From Ginsengibacter sp. (GTDB lineage Bacteria; Bacteroidota; Bacteroidia; Chitinophagales; Chitinophagaceae): a stretch of DNA of 58,229 bases. Made by a program: the position numbers and the translations under genes. The stretch spans positions 1 through 58,229 of the forward strand of contig JBDTEF010000006.1 of assembly GCA_039922615.1 (NCBI GenBank), read 5' to 3'. This document shows, piece by piece, positions 20,548 through 31,360 of this stretch. Below the pieces are notes generated by a model. That model did no database searches, was not told the origin of the DNA, and saw only the letters and a list, made by a program, of their open reading frames with translations. Every line of letters starts with the position of its first letter. The stretch's first letter is position 1.

Positions 20548-22860
20548 TTAAAACGGATAGCCGATCGCAAGGTTTAAAACCAAATTCTTACGCCGCCATT
20601 CTTTGCTGCCAAAATCTATTTGATTAATTACCCAACGATTTCCATCAGGCAACCAAGGCTTTCGCAATGGCATGGCCAGATCTAATCGCAATAATAAAAT
20701 AGTAAAATTCAAACGTAGTCCTATACCGGTTCCTACGGCTAATTCCTTCATAAAGTTTTTTGAAAATTCTGCTCCTACCCGTGATGTATCTTTTTTATAC
20801 AACCAGATATTACCCGCATCAACAAAAAAAGCTCCCTCAATGATTTTATTAAACCGGTACCTGAATTCCGTATTTAATTCAAGTTTTATATCTCCTGATT
20901 CATCAGGTAAAAAAACACTGTCTTTATTATCTGCCTTTGGATTTCTGTAGATGCCCGGTCCTACAGATCTGCTACGAAATGCACGCAAACTATTGTTTCC
21001 GCCAATAAAAAATTGTTTAATAAAAGGTAGCTCTTTGGAATTGCCATACGGATAACCAACACCGGTAATAATTCTGTTAGCAAGTCTTGCTTTTTCATTC
21101 AATGCATAATAGTACCTGAAGTCTAATTGTGTTTTTATATATTGCGCAAATGGCGTATTGACAATCCTTTTCATTCCATCTTTACCATCTCCTTTCACCA
21201 ATAATCCCGCTACATTTCCTGATAGATCTCCCAGGCCACTAAAATAATATCCGGTACCAAACGGATCATTCACAAGTGGATCTATCGTGTATGAATAATT
21301 GGATCCGATAATAAATTGCGTGTCAATTGCATGTTGCAATAAAGGGTTTCCTCTTAAACTATCAAGGTATTTCTGTGTAATATTTATGGCATGAACATAA
21401 TTTATAGATATAGGATTGAATTCTTGCTGAACTTTCAAATTTGGTTTCCAATTATAACCTAATTCACCCTTCAGTGAATTTAAAGTGTACAATTTTCGCC
21501 TGTTCAACAAATCATAACTCAAATTAATGACCGTTTTTGGCACAAAGGCATTGGTCGTATTAAAATGAAAGAAGGGTACTACAAAACGTGGAATAGTAAA
21601 TTTGATACCACCACCTAACCTGTAAGTATTATAACCGCTTTGAGAGCCGCTATACTGAACTTCACTGCCTACATTTCCATATATGTCCAAATGCTCTGCG
21701 CCCTTAAAAGTATTCCGGTTCCGGAAAGTAGCTGTGAATAAGGTACCAAGAAAATTATTAGATTTAGTATTTCCGTTTATTTCTGCCCGCAATGATTTTT
21801 TGGGTAGGGGAGTGAGGTAGTAATAAGTATTGAGCCTGCCGGTATCACCTTCACTATTCGGCGAATCCTCAAAACGATTTTTGACAAATTTAAATACATC
21901 AAGGTTGATTAACCTGCTCAATGTAAGGTTGTGATTTGTACGATTATAAACATCGCCTGAATCGAAAAGCATTATCCTGGGAAAGAGCTTTGGATTAAAT
22001 TTTTTCTGGGGGTCAATAATATAATAGCCATTGTACAGCACTTCATTTTTATGTGCAGTATCCTTCAATGCACTGTTTAACCGGAAATTAGGATAAATAT
22101 ATACATCGTCGATCACATAAGGTTTCCTGGCAGCCTCAGGTGTTTCTCTTTTAACCATCGGGTATAGATTTACACTATGTTCACCGATAGCAGAATCTGT
22201 TACAATTTCCAATTGTTCAGGGCTAAAATAATAGTATCCTTTTTCCTTCAGGACTGCATCAATTCTGATACGTTCCCCCTTAATTACTTCCAGGTTGAAT
22301 GGATCTCCCGAATGCAAAATAGACTTAGATTGTGTATCCATCATCGCATGCAGAAGGGAAGAAGTATCAGGTGGAAAGATCACATTTTTTATGGTATAAA
22401 CAAGGCCGGGAGTGAGGTCATAGTAAGCGTGGCCTTTCCTGTTTTTAACGATCGTATCTCCCGTACTTTCTGCGTCAAAATAGCCAATGTTTTGCTGGTA
22501 ATTGGTTAACAATTTTATATTGTAATCAAGGTTAAGGGAACTTAGTAATACGGGTGGTTCTCCTGTTTTCCTAAGAAACTTCCTGATAAATCCGCCTTTT
22601 TTTGGATTGCCGCTGAGGTTGTACAAAATCAATTTAAAAGGGATTCCAAGAAATTTGGCATTTGCCCTGGGCCTTGGGAGATCTTCGGTTTTATTTAAAA
22701 CAAATTTCTTCTGTTTTTTATTAAGGGTGCTGTCTTTTATTTTTACCGTAGCTCCGGTATACAAGGCATCATCCTTAGGCACCAGTTTGGTTAAGTTGCA
22801 AGAGGCAAAGAATAGTATGCCGCAAATACAAATCAATATAGGTAAGACTTTATTTTTCAT
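20548..22860 (-). CDS. tamL: TamL (Omp85-family lipoprotein of the translocation and assembly module)
   Basis: Lipobox FASC; POTRA-like segments; GGNNSLRAF, FVDAGNIW and C-terminal LAIGYPF; overlaps the tamB stop. Confidence 0.85.
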   Translation of the reverse strand: MKNKVLPILICICGILFFASCNLTKLVPKDDALYTGATVKIKDSTLNKKQKKFVLNKTEDLPRPRANAKFLGIPFKLILYNLSGNPKKGGFIRKFLRKTGEPPVLLSSLNLDYNIKLLTNYQQNIGYFDAESTGDTIVKNRKGHAYYDLTPGLVYTIKNVIFPPDTSSLLHAMMDTQSKSILHSGDPFNLEVIKGERIRIDAVLKEKGYYYFSPEQLEIVTDSAIGEHSVNLYPMVKRETPEAARKPYVIDDVYIYPNFRLNSALKDTAHKNEVLYNGYYIIDPQKKFNPKLFPRIMLFDSGDVYNRTNHNLTLSRLINLDVFKFVKNRFEDSPNSEGDTGRLNTYYYLTPLPKKSLRAEINGNTKSNNFLGTLFTATFRNRNTFKGAEHLDIYGNVGSEVQYSGSQSGYNTYRLGGGIKFTIPRFVVPFFHFNTTNAFVPKTVINLSYDLLNRRKLYTLNSLKGELGYNWKPNLKVQQEFNPISINYVHAINITQKYLDSLRGNPLLQHAIDTQFIIGSNYSYTIDPLVNDPFGTGYYFSGLGDLSGNVAGLLVKGDGKDGMKRIVNTPFAQYIKTQLDFRYYYALNEKARLANRIITGVGYPYGNSKELPFIKQFFIGGNNSLRAFRSRSVGPGIYRNPKADNKDSVFLPDESGDIKLELNTEFRYRFNKIIEGAFFVDAGNIWLYKKDTSRVGAEFSKNFMKELAVGTGIGLRLNFTILLLRLDLAMPLRKPWLPDGNRWVINQIDFGSKEWRRKNLVLNLAIGYPF

Positions 22861-25800
22861 TCTCTTTCTCTTTTTCTTGTCCCGGTGGTATTACCGTCGT
22901 TTGTATTTTTTTAAGTTCTGCATTTTTCTTCTCCAATTCCATATTGGCCTTTTTTATCTCCCGCCTTTTTCTTTTCTGCGCTTTTGACCTGAATATCTGG
23001 CTGAATTTATTATAATCAACAGTCAACACAAAGCCAATACCTGTTTCCACCACATATCCTTCAATGGTTCCGGTATAGTCATTTTTGCGATATGCACGCA
23101 AAGCATATCTTCCATCCTTACTTAATTTATAATTGATATTAATATTGCCTGCTACATTATTATTTTGTTGACCTCCTTGTTTTGGACCTTCCAATTCAAA
23201 ATTGCTGCCTACAGTTACAGTGAGCCGATCATTCAATAAACTTTTGGAAACACCTACATTGAAATCTGTACGATCTTGTTTTGATCCTGTCGTATAATCC
23301 TCAGTTGTGGCAACATCAAAATTAATATCTACGCCCTGTACAAGGCCATCAGCCAGGTTGTTTAACTGCTGAGTAAGGAGCTTACTAACACTTTGCTTTG
23401 CAAGTGATGCTGCATCAAAGGAGCCACCAGCACTATTCGCAAATGGATTCTCTCCAACAAAGCGGTTTAGCAATAACAAAGCAAATACCTGTTTATTCAT
23501 TTCGCCCGGTTCTTGCCGTAATTGTATTAACCTGGCCTGGACATTATTGGTAACTTCAGTAGAAACGGTATAATTTTTTTCGGTAGGTAATACGATGTCA
23601 AAAGTGATTACAGGTTTCAACAATTCGCCGAGCATAGATAAATGAACCTCAAATGGTAATTTTTGTTTATAAATATTATCATTGCCATTCGTTTGTTGTT
23701 GCACCAAATCCAACGGCGCTGTATTGGCAACGTAAATGGCTGTGACATCTACCTGCGCAGTAGTTGGTTCTCCTGTCCATACAATACGACTGCCTTTTTG
23801 CATCAAAAACTTCCTCTTAATAAAATTAAAGGAAAGATCATAGGAACCTTCTTCAATTTCATAGGATCCGGTCAAATTTATTTTTCCGCTGGGATCTATA
23901 CCTCCGTTTAATTGCGCCGTACCCTTCAACCTTAAAAAATCACCATTTCCTTCATCTACTATCACATTGAAAACAGCATTTTTACTAACATTGATGTTTA
24001 CCGAAACATCATATCCGACCAGCTGAGACACATTCAAAGAATCGTATGGATTCATCAATAATGAATCTTCTTTTGTAGCCCTCATATCTTCAAAACGAAC
24101 AATCCCTTCGCGGTCTACAATTCCCTGGTCCGTTTGGGGTAGCACAACCGTGAAGTCAGTACTGTCATTTACGGTGAAGTCGCCATCAACAACAGGTTTA
24201 TTTGGTGTTCCCTTTATAGAAAGCTTTGTAGAAAAGATAAATTTTCCGTAAAATAGTTTATTGTCTTTTTTAGTTGAGTTAATGATGTGAAAATTATTAG
24301 CGTCTATTCCCATATTTAAAGAAAATGCCTTGTAGTCGGTGAAGTTGGTTGTATTGATAGAACCTGTTATATTCAAGGCATTATTAGTTGTATCACGGAT
24401 GGTGAATTTATTAAATTCCACACCTTTGTTGTTGATAATCGCTATCGCTTCCTTATCGATTCTGAATACACTATTTAATTGGGATATATTAAATGATGTC
24501 TCATTAAAATTTATTTTACCATCTATGTTAGGATCTTTGAGCGTACCCTTTACTGCCACTTTTCCATATAGAAAACCACGGGCATTCCTGATGGCACCTT
24601 TGGAAAATCCTTCCAATGATTTCATCTGAAACTGTACTACATCCATCACCATATCGTAAGTGCTTTGATTATCAGGTTTTATGTTGTAATCTCCATTTAT
24701 ATTTACTTCATTGCCATTACCATTTAATGTGATGGCGGCATGATAAGTATTGGCAACATTATTATTTACTTTAGCGGTAAGTGTCCCAATGGTATCATTG
24801 TAAATACTCAAATCACTTACGGTAAGATCAGTCACAAAATTGGGGCTCACCTGAATGTTTTTTATCACAGCATTTCCGTTAATTACGCCGTTGACAAATA
24901 AGGAATCGCTTTGCACAAAGCCTGTAAGTGTTTCTATTTTAAAGTTTTTAAAGGCAATCTCTAAAGGGCTATTAGTGGTTGTAGTTGTGCTGTTAATACT
25001 TAATTCCTGGCCATTTTTACTTAAAACAAAATTGTGAGCAGCAATATCTTTATCAAAATAAGTGATAGAATTATCTGCATTCATATTCCATTTCTCGTAG
25101 TTGAGTAGAAGGTTTCCGGGTACTAAACTAAATGTATAGCGATTAGCGGAAGGTTGGCTCAATTTTCCACTAAGTGTATATTTATCTACCGATTTATTAT
25201 CCTTCACATTTAATGTAAAATCTGCTACATTGTTTTGTAAACTACCGTTCAATGTGGTAGCGAAAATTTGCAATGCAGTTCCATTTTTTATCTCTTTTAT
25301 GGAAGTTTTGTAAACCAGTTTACCATTTTCAGTTTGGGCATTGAAATTCACATCATTTATTACGTTAGTGCCATATACAATGTGCGGAGCCTTCATGTAC
25401 ATATTCCAACCGCTATCGCTTGCAAAATTTCCGGTAAGCATTACAGGTTTTAATTCGGTCAGCGATGGCAAAAAAGCCCTTAAAGCCGGGTGATCTATTA
25501 CTGATGCTTCGAGGCTAAAATGATATGGATTTACTTTTGTTGTATTCTTTGTTGCAGACAAAGCAAAATAAGGATCTATGGCCTGCTGAAATACATCACC
25601 CAATTGAGTGAGTGTATATTGTCCTTTAAGACGTGCTGATAAAAAGTCTGACGTCACGATAAGATCTTTTTCCGCACCGGAATTATGGGCTACAATTGAT
25701 AATGAATCAATCGTAGTTCTGTCACCATTATTTACTAAAATAGAATTGGTAACAAAAAGACTTCCCTCCAGGTTATCAGGATCTGTATTCGTGAAATCAC

Positions 25801-27982
25801 CTATTAATTTCCCATGATATACCAAGGCATTTGTCGTGAAATGAAGTGGTAGCGTTTTAATACTATCTATCGTGGCATCAAATTGTATCGCAGGAAATTT
25901 ACTATTCAAATTTCCATTGGCTGAAAGAGTAAAATCCAGGTTTGGATCGTGAACCGCTGCGTTGATATTAAAAACCTTTCGCGCAATAGTTCCATCCGCT
26001 TTTATATTTTTGTAATTGTATTTATTTAAGGTAATATTAGGTATGGCTGCCCTGAATGTAGCATTGGCAGTTTGAGGTGTTAGACCCGATCCTCTAATGA
26101 TAAAATCACCCGTCAGGTTTCCTAATTTGGGGTTTTTCATTAAAGTACCCAATTGCAAATTACCCGCATGCACCACCATATTATATTTAGCATGATTTGA
26201 ATCTGTAATATTTACCAAAGTGCCTTTCAATACTGCACTCCCAAGAGAAGTGTTGATTTTTAATTCAGTATATAGATTGGCCATTCCTCCTTTAATTTTT
26301 CCCTCGGCGGCTATTGATTCGGGAATGGTGATAGTGGATGGTATGGTGTTTTTGGGAACAAGTGAAAAAATATCTTTCCTGGAAGTTTTAAAATGCTTAA
26401 TATTTAAATCAGCAAAAATATTTTTTGTTTCCGGAAGGCCCCTAACAACTCCTGTTACATTAATATCTGTGGCAGATAACCCTTTAAGAATTAATTTTTG
26501 AAAGTTCATATTATTTACACTTCCTGTAATCCGTGCATCGGCATACAATGTAGCATTGGCCGGCAATTGCGCTGCTAACGCAGGTACAAACATCGCTAAA
26601 TCCTTTGTTGAAATTTTGCTATTCACCAGGTCAATATCTAATCCTAAAACGCCCGGATTTTGTTTTATTGCTTCCAGGGAAGGATAGCTGATGTCAGCAG
26701 ATCTTTGAATAACCGATCCGGGCGTTTCTATTAATAGATCTCCAAGTGAAACACCTGAAGGATTCATAGCGAAATCGGTGTGCATTTTATTTAAAACAAA
26801 TCCACTCTTATCTTTTAATGTTGCTGATTTTATTGAGGCCAGTATGGTGTCAGTGCTATACTGCAGGTCTTTTGCATGTATAGAAAGATCCTTAAGAAAT
26901 AAATGAGCATAATCCATTCCTGATGGTGCGTTCGGTGCAGAGACATCATCAAATTTCAAACTGCTTGAATTGATGGTAATATCTCCGGCAATTATTTTCA
27001 TCGATGGAGTAGGCGTCGTAATCATGGTATCCTTCGAAACCTTCGCAGGTAATGCAGAAGCTGTCTCCACCATTATAGCGGAATTATTTAGTGTAGCATC
27101 ATTTAAAGTGATAATGCTGTTTTTCAAATCAAGTGTCTTTAGATGCACCTTGGCATCTCCAATTACAAAAGAGGTATTTAAATGGGATGGTTCGTTTTTG
27201 TAAACAACATTAATATCCGAAAGGTTTATTTCTTTATTTAAAAGTTGAAGAAAATTATCAGGGTTTGCTGCGGCGTCAGCAACTGTTTTTTCAATTGATT
27301 TTTGTAAAGGCTCCATCTGGTAAAAATGACCTTTAAGCCCTTTTAAATTCATCGTTGGAATATCAAAAAGCATATGTGAAGGATCAAATGTTTTAATCCT
27401 TGTATCAAAATGGCCAATTGCCAGGTCCATATCATTTCCGGTATAAGCATCTTTATACACTACACGGGTTCTGTTAAGCAATATGTTATCAATGTTTATT
27501 TTAAGAGGTGTAGTATCCTTTACATTTGGGGTTTTATTTGGGCTCATAAATGCATCCACAATAAACTGGAAATTAAATGTTGAATCGGGAGGCACTCGCT
27601 TGATCTTTGCAGTAATATTATCAAGTGCAATCGTTTGAATTTCAATGTCTTTTTTTAGCAACTTGAACATGCTGATATCTACCAGCAATTCACCGCCATA
27701 TAGCAATGTATCCTTTGATTGGTCTTCAATAAAAATATTCTGCAATGAAATTGAAGTGGGAAATTTAATAGCTAATTTTCCTATTTCGACTTTCGTATGT
27801 AGCTTGTTTTGCAGATAAGAGACTACTTTTTGCCGTCCGTAATTCTGTACAGAAGGTATTTGTATGAGTATTGCCACCAGGATGAGAAGGAAAATAATTG
27901 ATGCAATTATCCAACCGAAAACTTTTAGAATTCTGATCCAGATTGACTTTTTATGTGTAGCAGTTGGTGTTTTTGTTTCCAT
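22850..27982 (-). CDS. tamB: TamB translocation/assembly module protein
   Basis: 1710 aa, N-terminal TM, beta-taco repeats, C-terminal DUF490-like region (QVFALLLLNRF, LLNDRLTVTVG). Confidence 0.88.
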   Translation of the reverse strand: METKTPTATHKKSIWIRILKVFGWIIASIIFLLILVAILIQIPSVQNYGRQKVVSYLQNKLHTKVEIGKLAIKFPTSISLQNIFIEDQSKDTLLYGGELLVDISMFKLLKKDIEIQTIALDNITAKIKRVPPDSTFNFQFIVDAFMSPNKTPNVKDTTPLKINIDNILLNRTRVVYKDAYTGNDMDLAIGHFDTRIKTFDPSHMLFDIPTMNLKGLKGHFYQMEPLQKSIEKTVADAAANPDNFLQLLNKEINLSDINVVYKNEPSHLNTSFVIGDAKVHLKTLDLKNSIITLNDATLNNSAIMVETASALPAKVSKDTMITTPTPSMKIIAGDITINSSSLKFDDVSAPNAPSGMDYAHLFLKDLSIHAKDLQYSTDTILASIKSATLKDKSGFVLNKMHTDFAMNPSGVSLGDLLIETPGSVIQRSADISYPSLEAIKQNPGVLGLDIDLVNSKISTKDLAMFVPALAAQLPANATLYADARITGSVNNMNFQKLILKGLSATDINVTGVVRGLPETKNIFADLNIKHFKTSRKDIFSLVPKNTIPSTITIPESIAAEGKIKGGMANLYTELKINTSLGSAVLKGTLVNITDSNHAKYNMVVHAGNLQLGTLMKNPKLGNLTGDFIIRGSGLTPQTANATFRAAIPNITLNKYNYKNIKADGTIARKVFNINAAVHDPNLDFTLSANGNLNSKFPAIQFDATIDSIKTLPLHFTTNALVYHGKLIGDFTNTDPDNLEGSLFVTNSILVNNGDRTTIDSLSIVAHNSGAEKDLIVTSDFLSARLKGQYTLTQLGDVFQQAIDPYFALSATKNTTKVNPYHFSLEASVIDHPALRAFLPSLTELKPVMLTGNFASDSGWNMYMKAPHIVYGTNVINDVNFNAQTENGKLVYKTSIKEIKNGTALQIFATTLNGSLQNNVADFTLNVKDNKSVDKYTLSGKLSQPSANRYTFSLVPGNLLLNYEKWNMNADNSITYFDKDIAAHNFVLSKNGQELSINSTTTTTNSPLEIAFKNFKIETLTGFVQSDSLFVNGVINGNAVIKNIQVSPNFVTDLTVSDLSIYNDTIGTLTAKVNNNVANTYHAAITLNGNGNEVNINGDYNIKPDNQSTYDMVMDVVQFQMKSLEGFSKGAIRNARGFLYGKVAVKGTLKDPNIDGKINFNETSFNISQLNSVFRIDKEAIAIINNKGVEFNKFTIRDTTNNALNITGSINTTNFTDYKAFSLNMGIDANNFHIINSTKKDNKLFYGKFIFSTKLSIKGTPNKPVVDGDFTVNDSTDFTVVLPQTDQGIVDREGIVRFEDMRATKEDSLLMNPYDSLNVSQLVGYDVSVNINVSKNAVFNVIVDEGNGDFLRLKGTAQLNGGIDPSGKINLTGSYEIEEGSYDLSFNFIKRKFLMQKGSRIVWTGEPTTAQVDVTAIYVANTAPLDLVQQQTNGNDNIYKQKLPFEVHLSMLGELLKPVITFDIVLPTEKNYTVSTEVTNNVQARLIQLRQEPGEMNKQVFALLLLNRFVGENPFANSAGGSFDAASLAKQSVSKLLTQQLNNLADGLVQGVDINFDVATTEDYTTGSKQDRTDFNVGVSKSLLNDRLTVTVGSNFELEGPKQGGQQNNNVAGNININYKLSKDGRYALRAYRKNDYTGTIEGYVVETGIGFVLTVDYNKFSQIFRSKAQKRKRREIKKANMELEKKNAELKKIQTTVIPPGQEKEKENEK

Positions 27983-28006
27983 ATGGTTGTCCTGATAGAG
28001 CCTCTA

Positions 28007-28021
28007 ACAAATTATGCTCCA
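28007..28021 (-). promoter_or_regulatory. Putative sigma54-like element upstream of tamB (a -7 box TAAATTTG also lies at 28029-28036)
   Basis: Minus strand TGGAGCATAATTTGT (GG-N10-GT). Confidence 0.4.
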
Positions 28022-28248
28022 AAATTGCCAAATTTAGTAATTAAATGTTGAAATGTGTATTGAAAAGAAGGGGAATGTGAATAATGAATAATGAAGATTA
28101 TTTGATTATAAAAATGCAGGCATGAGCTTAGAGATTTTTATTCCATTTAAAATTATATCTATACTAAAATCCCATGAACAATCTACCTGATAGCGGTTAA
28201 TTATTCACCATTTACATTATTGCCATGAATGATTGATTTATCATTGAA

Positions 28249-29316
28249 TTAAATTTTCAATTGAAATAATTCCATACCCTGCTCTTTGCCCTTAAGTTCA
28301 ACCAGGCCAAGACTCGCACTCTGCCATTCCTTTAAGCCACTTAGGTCTAAAAATTCTTTTGACACAATAAAATGATGATTCAATTCATTACAGGCACTTC
28401 TTATCCTGGCTGTAGTATTCATTGTATCTCCACTCATTGCAAGGTCTTTTTTTATAACACCTATTTCCCCGATTGTCACTTCTCCGACATTAATACCTAC
28501 GCGGAATTCAGGTACAACACCATATCTTCTTCGAAAATGTTCCCCTTTTTTTTGAATATTTCTCCTTGACTGTATCACAGCTTTCAGGCATTTTTTGGCA
28601 TTTTTCTCCGAAGCATTCCAGGAGCAAACAACCTCATCTCCTACATATTGATAGATGTTTCCATCAAAATCAATAATCGCCCTGGAGACATTAAAAATAA
28701 ACTCTTTGATAAATTTAAAATACAGGCCATGACCCAGGTTTTCAGCGATTGGGGTAGAGTCTTTCAAATCAATAAACATCACAATCTTGTTTTCTACTTT
28801 TGGATTGTTATACTTACCTGTAATGATATCAAAAAATACGCCTGGTGAATATTTTTCATTAATGATCAACATCAATTGCGTCACAAGGAAAATAGAGATC
28901 CAATAAACAATTTTTTGAAGGAGCCAGTTTTTATGCAAAACATAATCCTCTATTTGTTTCCAGGATTCATATAGTGATTGACCCTGGATAAGTGTGCTAT
29001 ACAAAAACTGGATTAAAAAAGTGATCGTAAATGCAAGTCCTAAGAGTATCAAACTCCGCAACAGAAAATTTAACCATAATGGTAAATGGGAGAATAGCGT
29101 TTTCATCCTGTAAACAAAGAGATACCCCATAATAAGGCTTACACTAAACAAAAGCACTTCTCTAAAAAATAGTGATGTATGGTGCACCTGCCGGTTCTCT
29201 TCTAATAACAGGATTACAAAATCGATAGCAGTCCAGAACAAAGCAACCAGGAAGACGGTGCGAATAGCTATCTTTCTAACCCCGGAAATATGGTATTTTT
29301 GTCGCCAGTTAGTCAT
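28249..29316 (-). CDS. Membrane-bound class III nucleotidyl (adenylate/guanylate-family) cyclase
   Basis: About 4 N-terminal TM helices; FIDLKDST, YVGDEV, FRVGINVG and GDTMNTTAR catalytic motifs. Confidence 0.9.
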   Translation of the reverse strand: MTNWRQKYHISGVRKIAIRTVFLVALFWTAIDFVILLLEENRQVHHTSLFFREVLLFSVSLIMGYLFVYRMKTLFSHLPLWLNFLLRSLILLGLAFTITFLIQFLYSTLIQGQSLYESWKQIEDYVLHKNWLLQKIVYWISIFLVTQLMLIINEKYSPGVFFDIITGKYNNPKVENKIVMFIDLKDSTPIAENLGHGLYFKFIKEFIFNVSRAIIDFDGNIYQYVGDEVVCSWNASEKNAKKCLKAVIQSRRNIQKKGEHFRRRYGVVPEFRVGINVGEVTIGEIGVIKKDLAMSGDTMNTTARIRSACNELNHHFIVSKEFLDLSGLKEWQSASLGLVELKGKEQGMELFQLKI

Positions 29317-31351
29317 TCTTTTTCAAATATTCGTAAATAGATTTTTGCGCATTTATGATTAAATTTTTATCCCCTTCAACTGGTTGCTGATTAAAGTCTG
29401 GTAATAAAATACTCGCTTTATCATTATCGCTCCATTGTAATTCGAAAAAATTGATCAACTGCTTTTTGCAATGTTCATTTTTAATTCTCACGTTCACTTC
29501 TATTCTATGCCGCAAATTCCTAACCATCAGGTCGGCTGATCCAATAATTACTTTCGTCTTTTCTCCGGAACCAAAAATCAATATACGGGAATGTTCAAGG
29601 TATTGATCTACTATTCTTCTAATTTCTATGTGATCACTTTCGCCGGGAATGCCACCTGCTATACAACTGATGCTCCTTACAATTAATTTAATTTCTACGC
29701 CAGCTGAAGAGGCATTATATAATTGTTGAATAAACTCCGGATCTTCCAGGTTATTCACTTTTATCCGGATCAACGCAGGTTCTCCTGCAATAGCTTTGGC
29801 GATTTCCTTCTCTATTAATTTATATAATTCAGGCACCATATTAAAACCCGCAACAAGGAGTGCATTGAATTTTAATTTTTTCCCGCTCTCTACTTCATTT
29901 CTCAATTGTAAAAACTGGAACAACTGCAATAGTTCAGAAGTGATTTCGTCATCAGACGTCATCAGGACATGATCGCTATAAAACTGAGCCGTAACCTCAT
30001 TAAAATTCCCGGTACTTAAAATAGCAAATGATTTTTTATGCCCACTTTTTTTATTTCTTATCAAAGCGATCTTTGAATGGACTTTAATTTCAGGGATACT
30101 GTAAATAATTCTTACACCAGCCTGCTTCATTAACTTACTCCACTTTATGTTATTTTCCTCATCAAATCTTGCTTTTAATTCAACAAAAGCCACAACCATT
30201 TTTCCATTTTTTGCGGCACTGATCAAAGCATTTATTATATGTGATTCTTCCGCTACCCTGTATAAGGTAATGTAAATTTCAGTGACATCCACATCTACAG
30301 CAGCCTGGTTAAAGAAACTAAGTACCGGGTTGTAAGATTGATAAGGCACATGTAATAGAACATCCTCTTTCAATAAAATTTTGAAAATATCACCACTATT
30401 CATCATATTATTTGAAGAAAAAGGCTTTGGTTTTGGATAAACAAGATTTTTATTAAATGAAGGAAATTGCGAAAGGTCATCAAGGTTGTGATAACGGCCA
30501 CCCATAAACAATTCATCCGAGTTTACATTAAACGCCGAAGCCAGGAACATTTGCAAATTCCGTGGCATGCCCATCTGAAACAGCAAACGGGAGGGTGGGC
30601 CAAAATCTCTTTTAGCCAACTGTTTCTCGATTTTTTGTAAAAGATTTCCACTGAATTCATCCTCAAGATTTAATTCAGAATCCCTGTTGATTTTAATACT
30701 GTAAACACTTACAATTTTTTGCCTGGGAAATAAATATACCAGGTTTTCTCTTACAATGTCATCCAGGAAAATCACGTACTCATAATTATGTAAAGGAGTA
30801 AGTGTGAAAAATCTTTTCAGTTTCTGGGTAGGAATATTAATTATGGCCTGCTTCATGATGCCCTCCTTATTTTCCTGCAGGGTAACTACGAAATAAAGAT
30901 GGTTATTTTCCGGTGAAAAATTGTTGGCAGTTCCATCTAAATAAATGGGTTGTATATATGAAAGTACGTTCGATAAAAAGATTTCCCTTATTTCCGACAG
31001 GTGTTCTTTACATACAGGCTGGTCATAATAAAAGATGATTCCATTTGCTTTCAGGTCAACAATTATTTCATCCTGTAGAAGCTTACCAAAAATGTTAAGT
31101 TGTCTTTCTATTTCCACCTGCACTTTAAAGAGCAGGTTATCATTGGCATCAATGGTAATCTTTGTTTTCTTTTTAAGCAAGGAGAGTGCAACAATTTCAG
31201 GATACCTTACCCGAAAAAATTCATTTAAATTAGACGAAAAAATGGCCATAAACTTGAGCCGCTCATATAGGGGTACTTCATTATTGATTGCCTCTTCAAG
31301 CACCCTGAAATTGAAACTAAGCCAACTTAAATCTCTATTTAATAAAGTCAT
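29309..31351 (-). CDS. ppk1: Polyphosphate kinase 1
   Basis: NRDLSWLSFNFRVLEEA, IFSSNLNEFFRVR, LHVPYQSY, ELKARFDEENN, KVHSK (phospho-His), TGNFN, LEHSR, SADLMVRNL. Confidence 0.96.
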   Translation of the reverse strand: MTLLNRDLSWLSFNFRVLEEAINNEVPLYERLKFMAIFSSNLNEFFRVRYPEIVALSLLKKKTKITIDANDNLLFKVQVEIERQLNIFGKLLQDEIIVDLKANGIIFYYDQPVCKEHLSEIREIFLSNVLSYIQPIYLDGTANNFSPENNHLYFVVTLQENKEGIMKQAIINIPTQKLKRFFTLTPLHNYEYVIFLDDIVRENLVYLFPRQKIVSVYSIKINRDSELNLEDEFSGNLLQKIEKQLAKRDFGPPSRLLFQMGMPRNLQMFLASAFNVNSDELFMGGRYHNLDDLSQFPSFNKNLVYPKPKPFSSNNMMNSGDIFKILLKEDVLLHVPYQSYNPVLSFFNQAAVDVDVTEIYITLYRVAEESHIINALISAAKNGKMVVAFVELKARFDEENNIKWSKLMKQAGVRIIYSIPEIKVHSKIALIRNKKSGHKKSFAILSTGNFNEVTAQFYSDHVLMTSDDEITSELLQLFQFLQLRNEVESGKKLKFNALLVAGFNMVPELYKLIEKEIAKAIAGEPALIRIKVNNLEDPEFIQQLYNASSAGVEIKLIVRSISCIAGGIPGESDHIEIRRIVDQYLEHSRILIFGSGEKTKVIIGSADLMVRNLRHRIEVNVRIKNEHCKKQLINFFELQWSDNDKASILLPDFNQQPVEGDKNLIINAQKSIYEYLKKND

Positions 31352-31360
31352 TGATAATCT

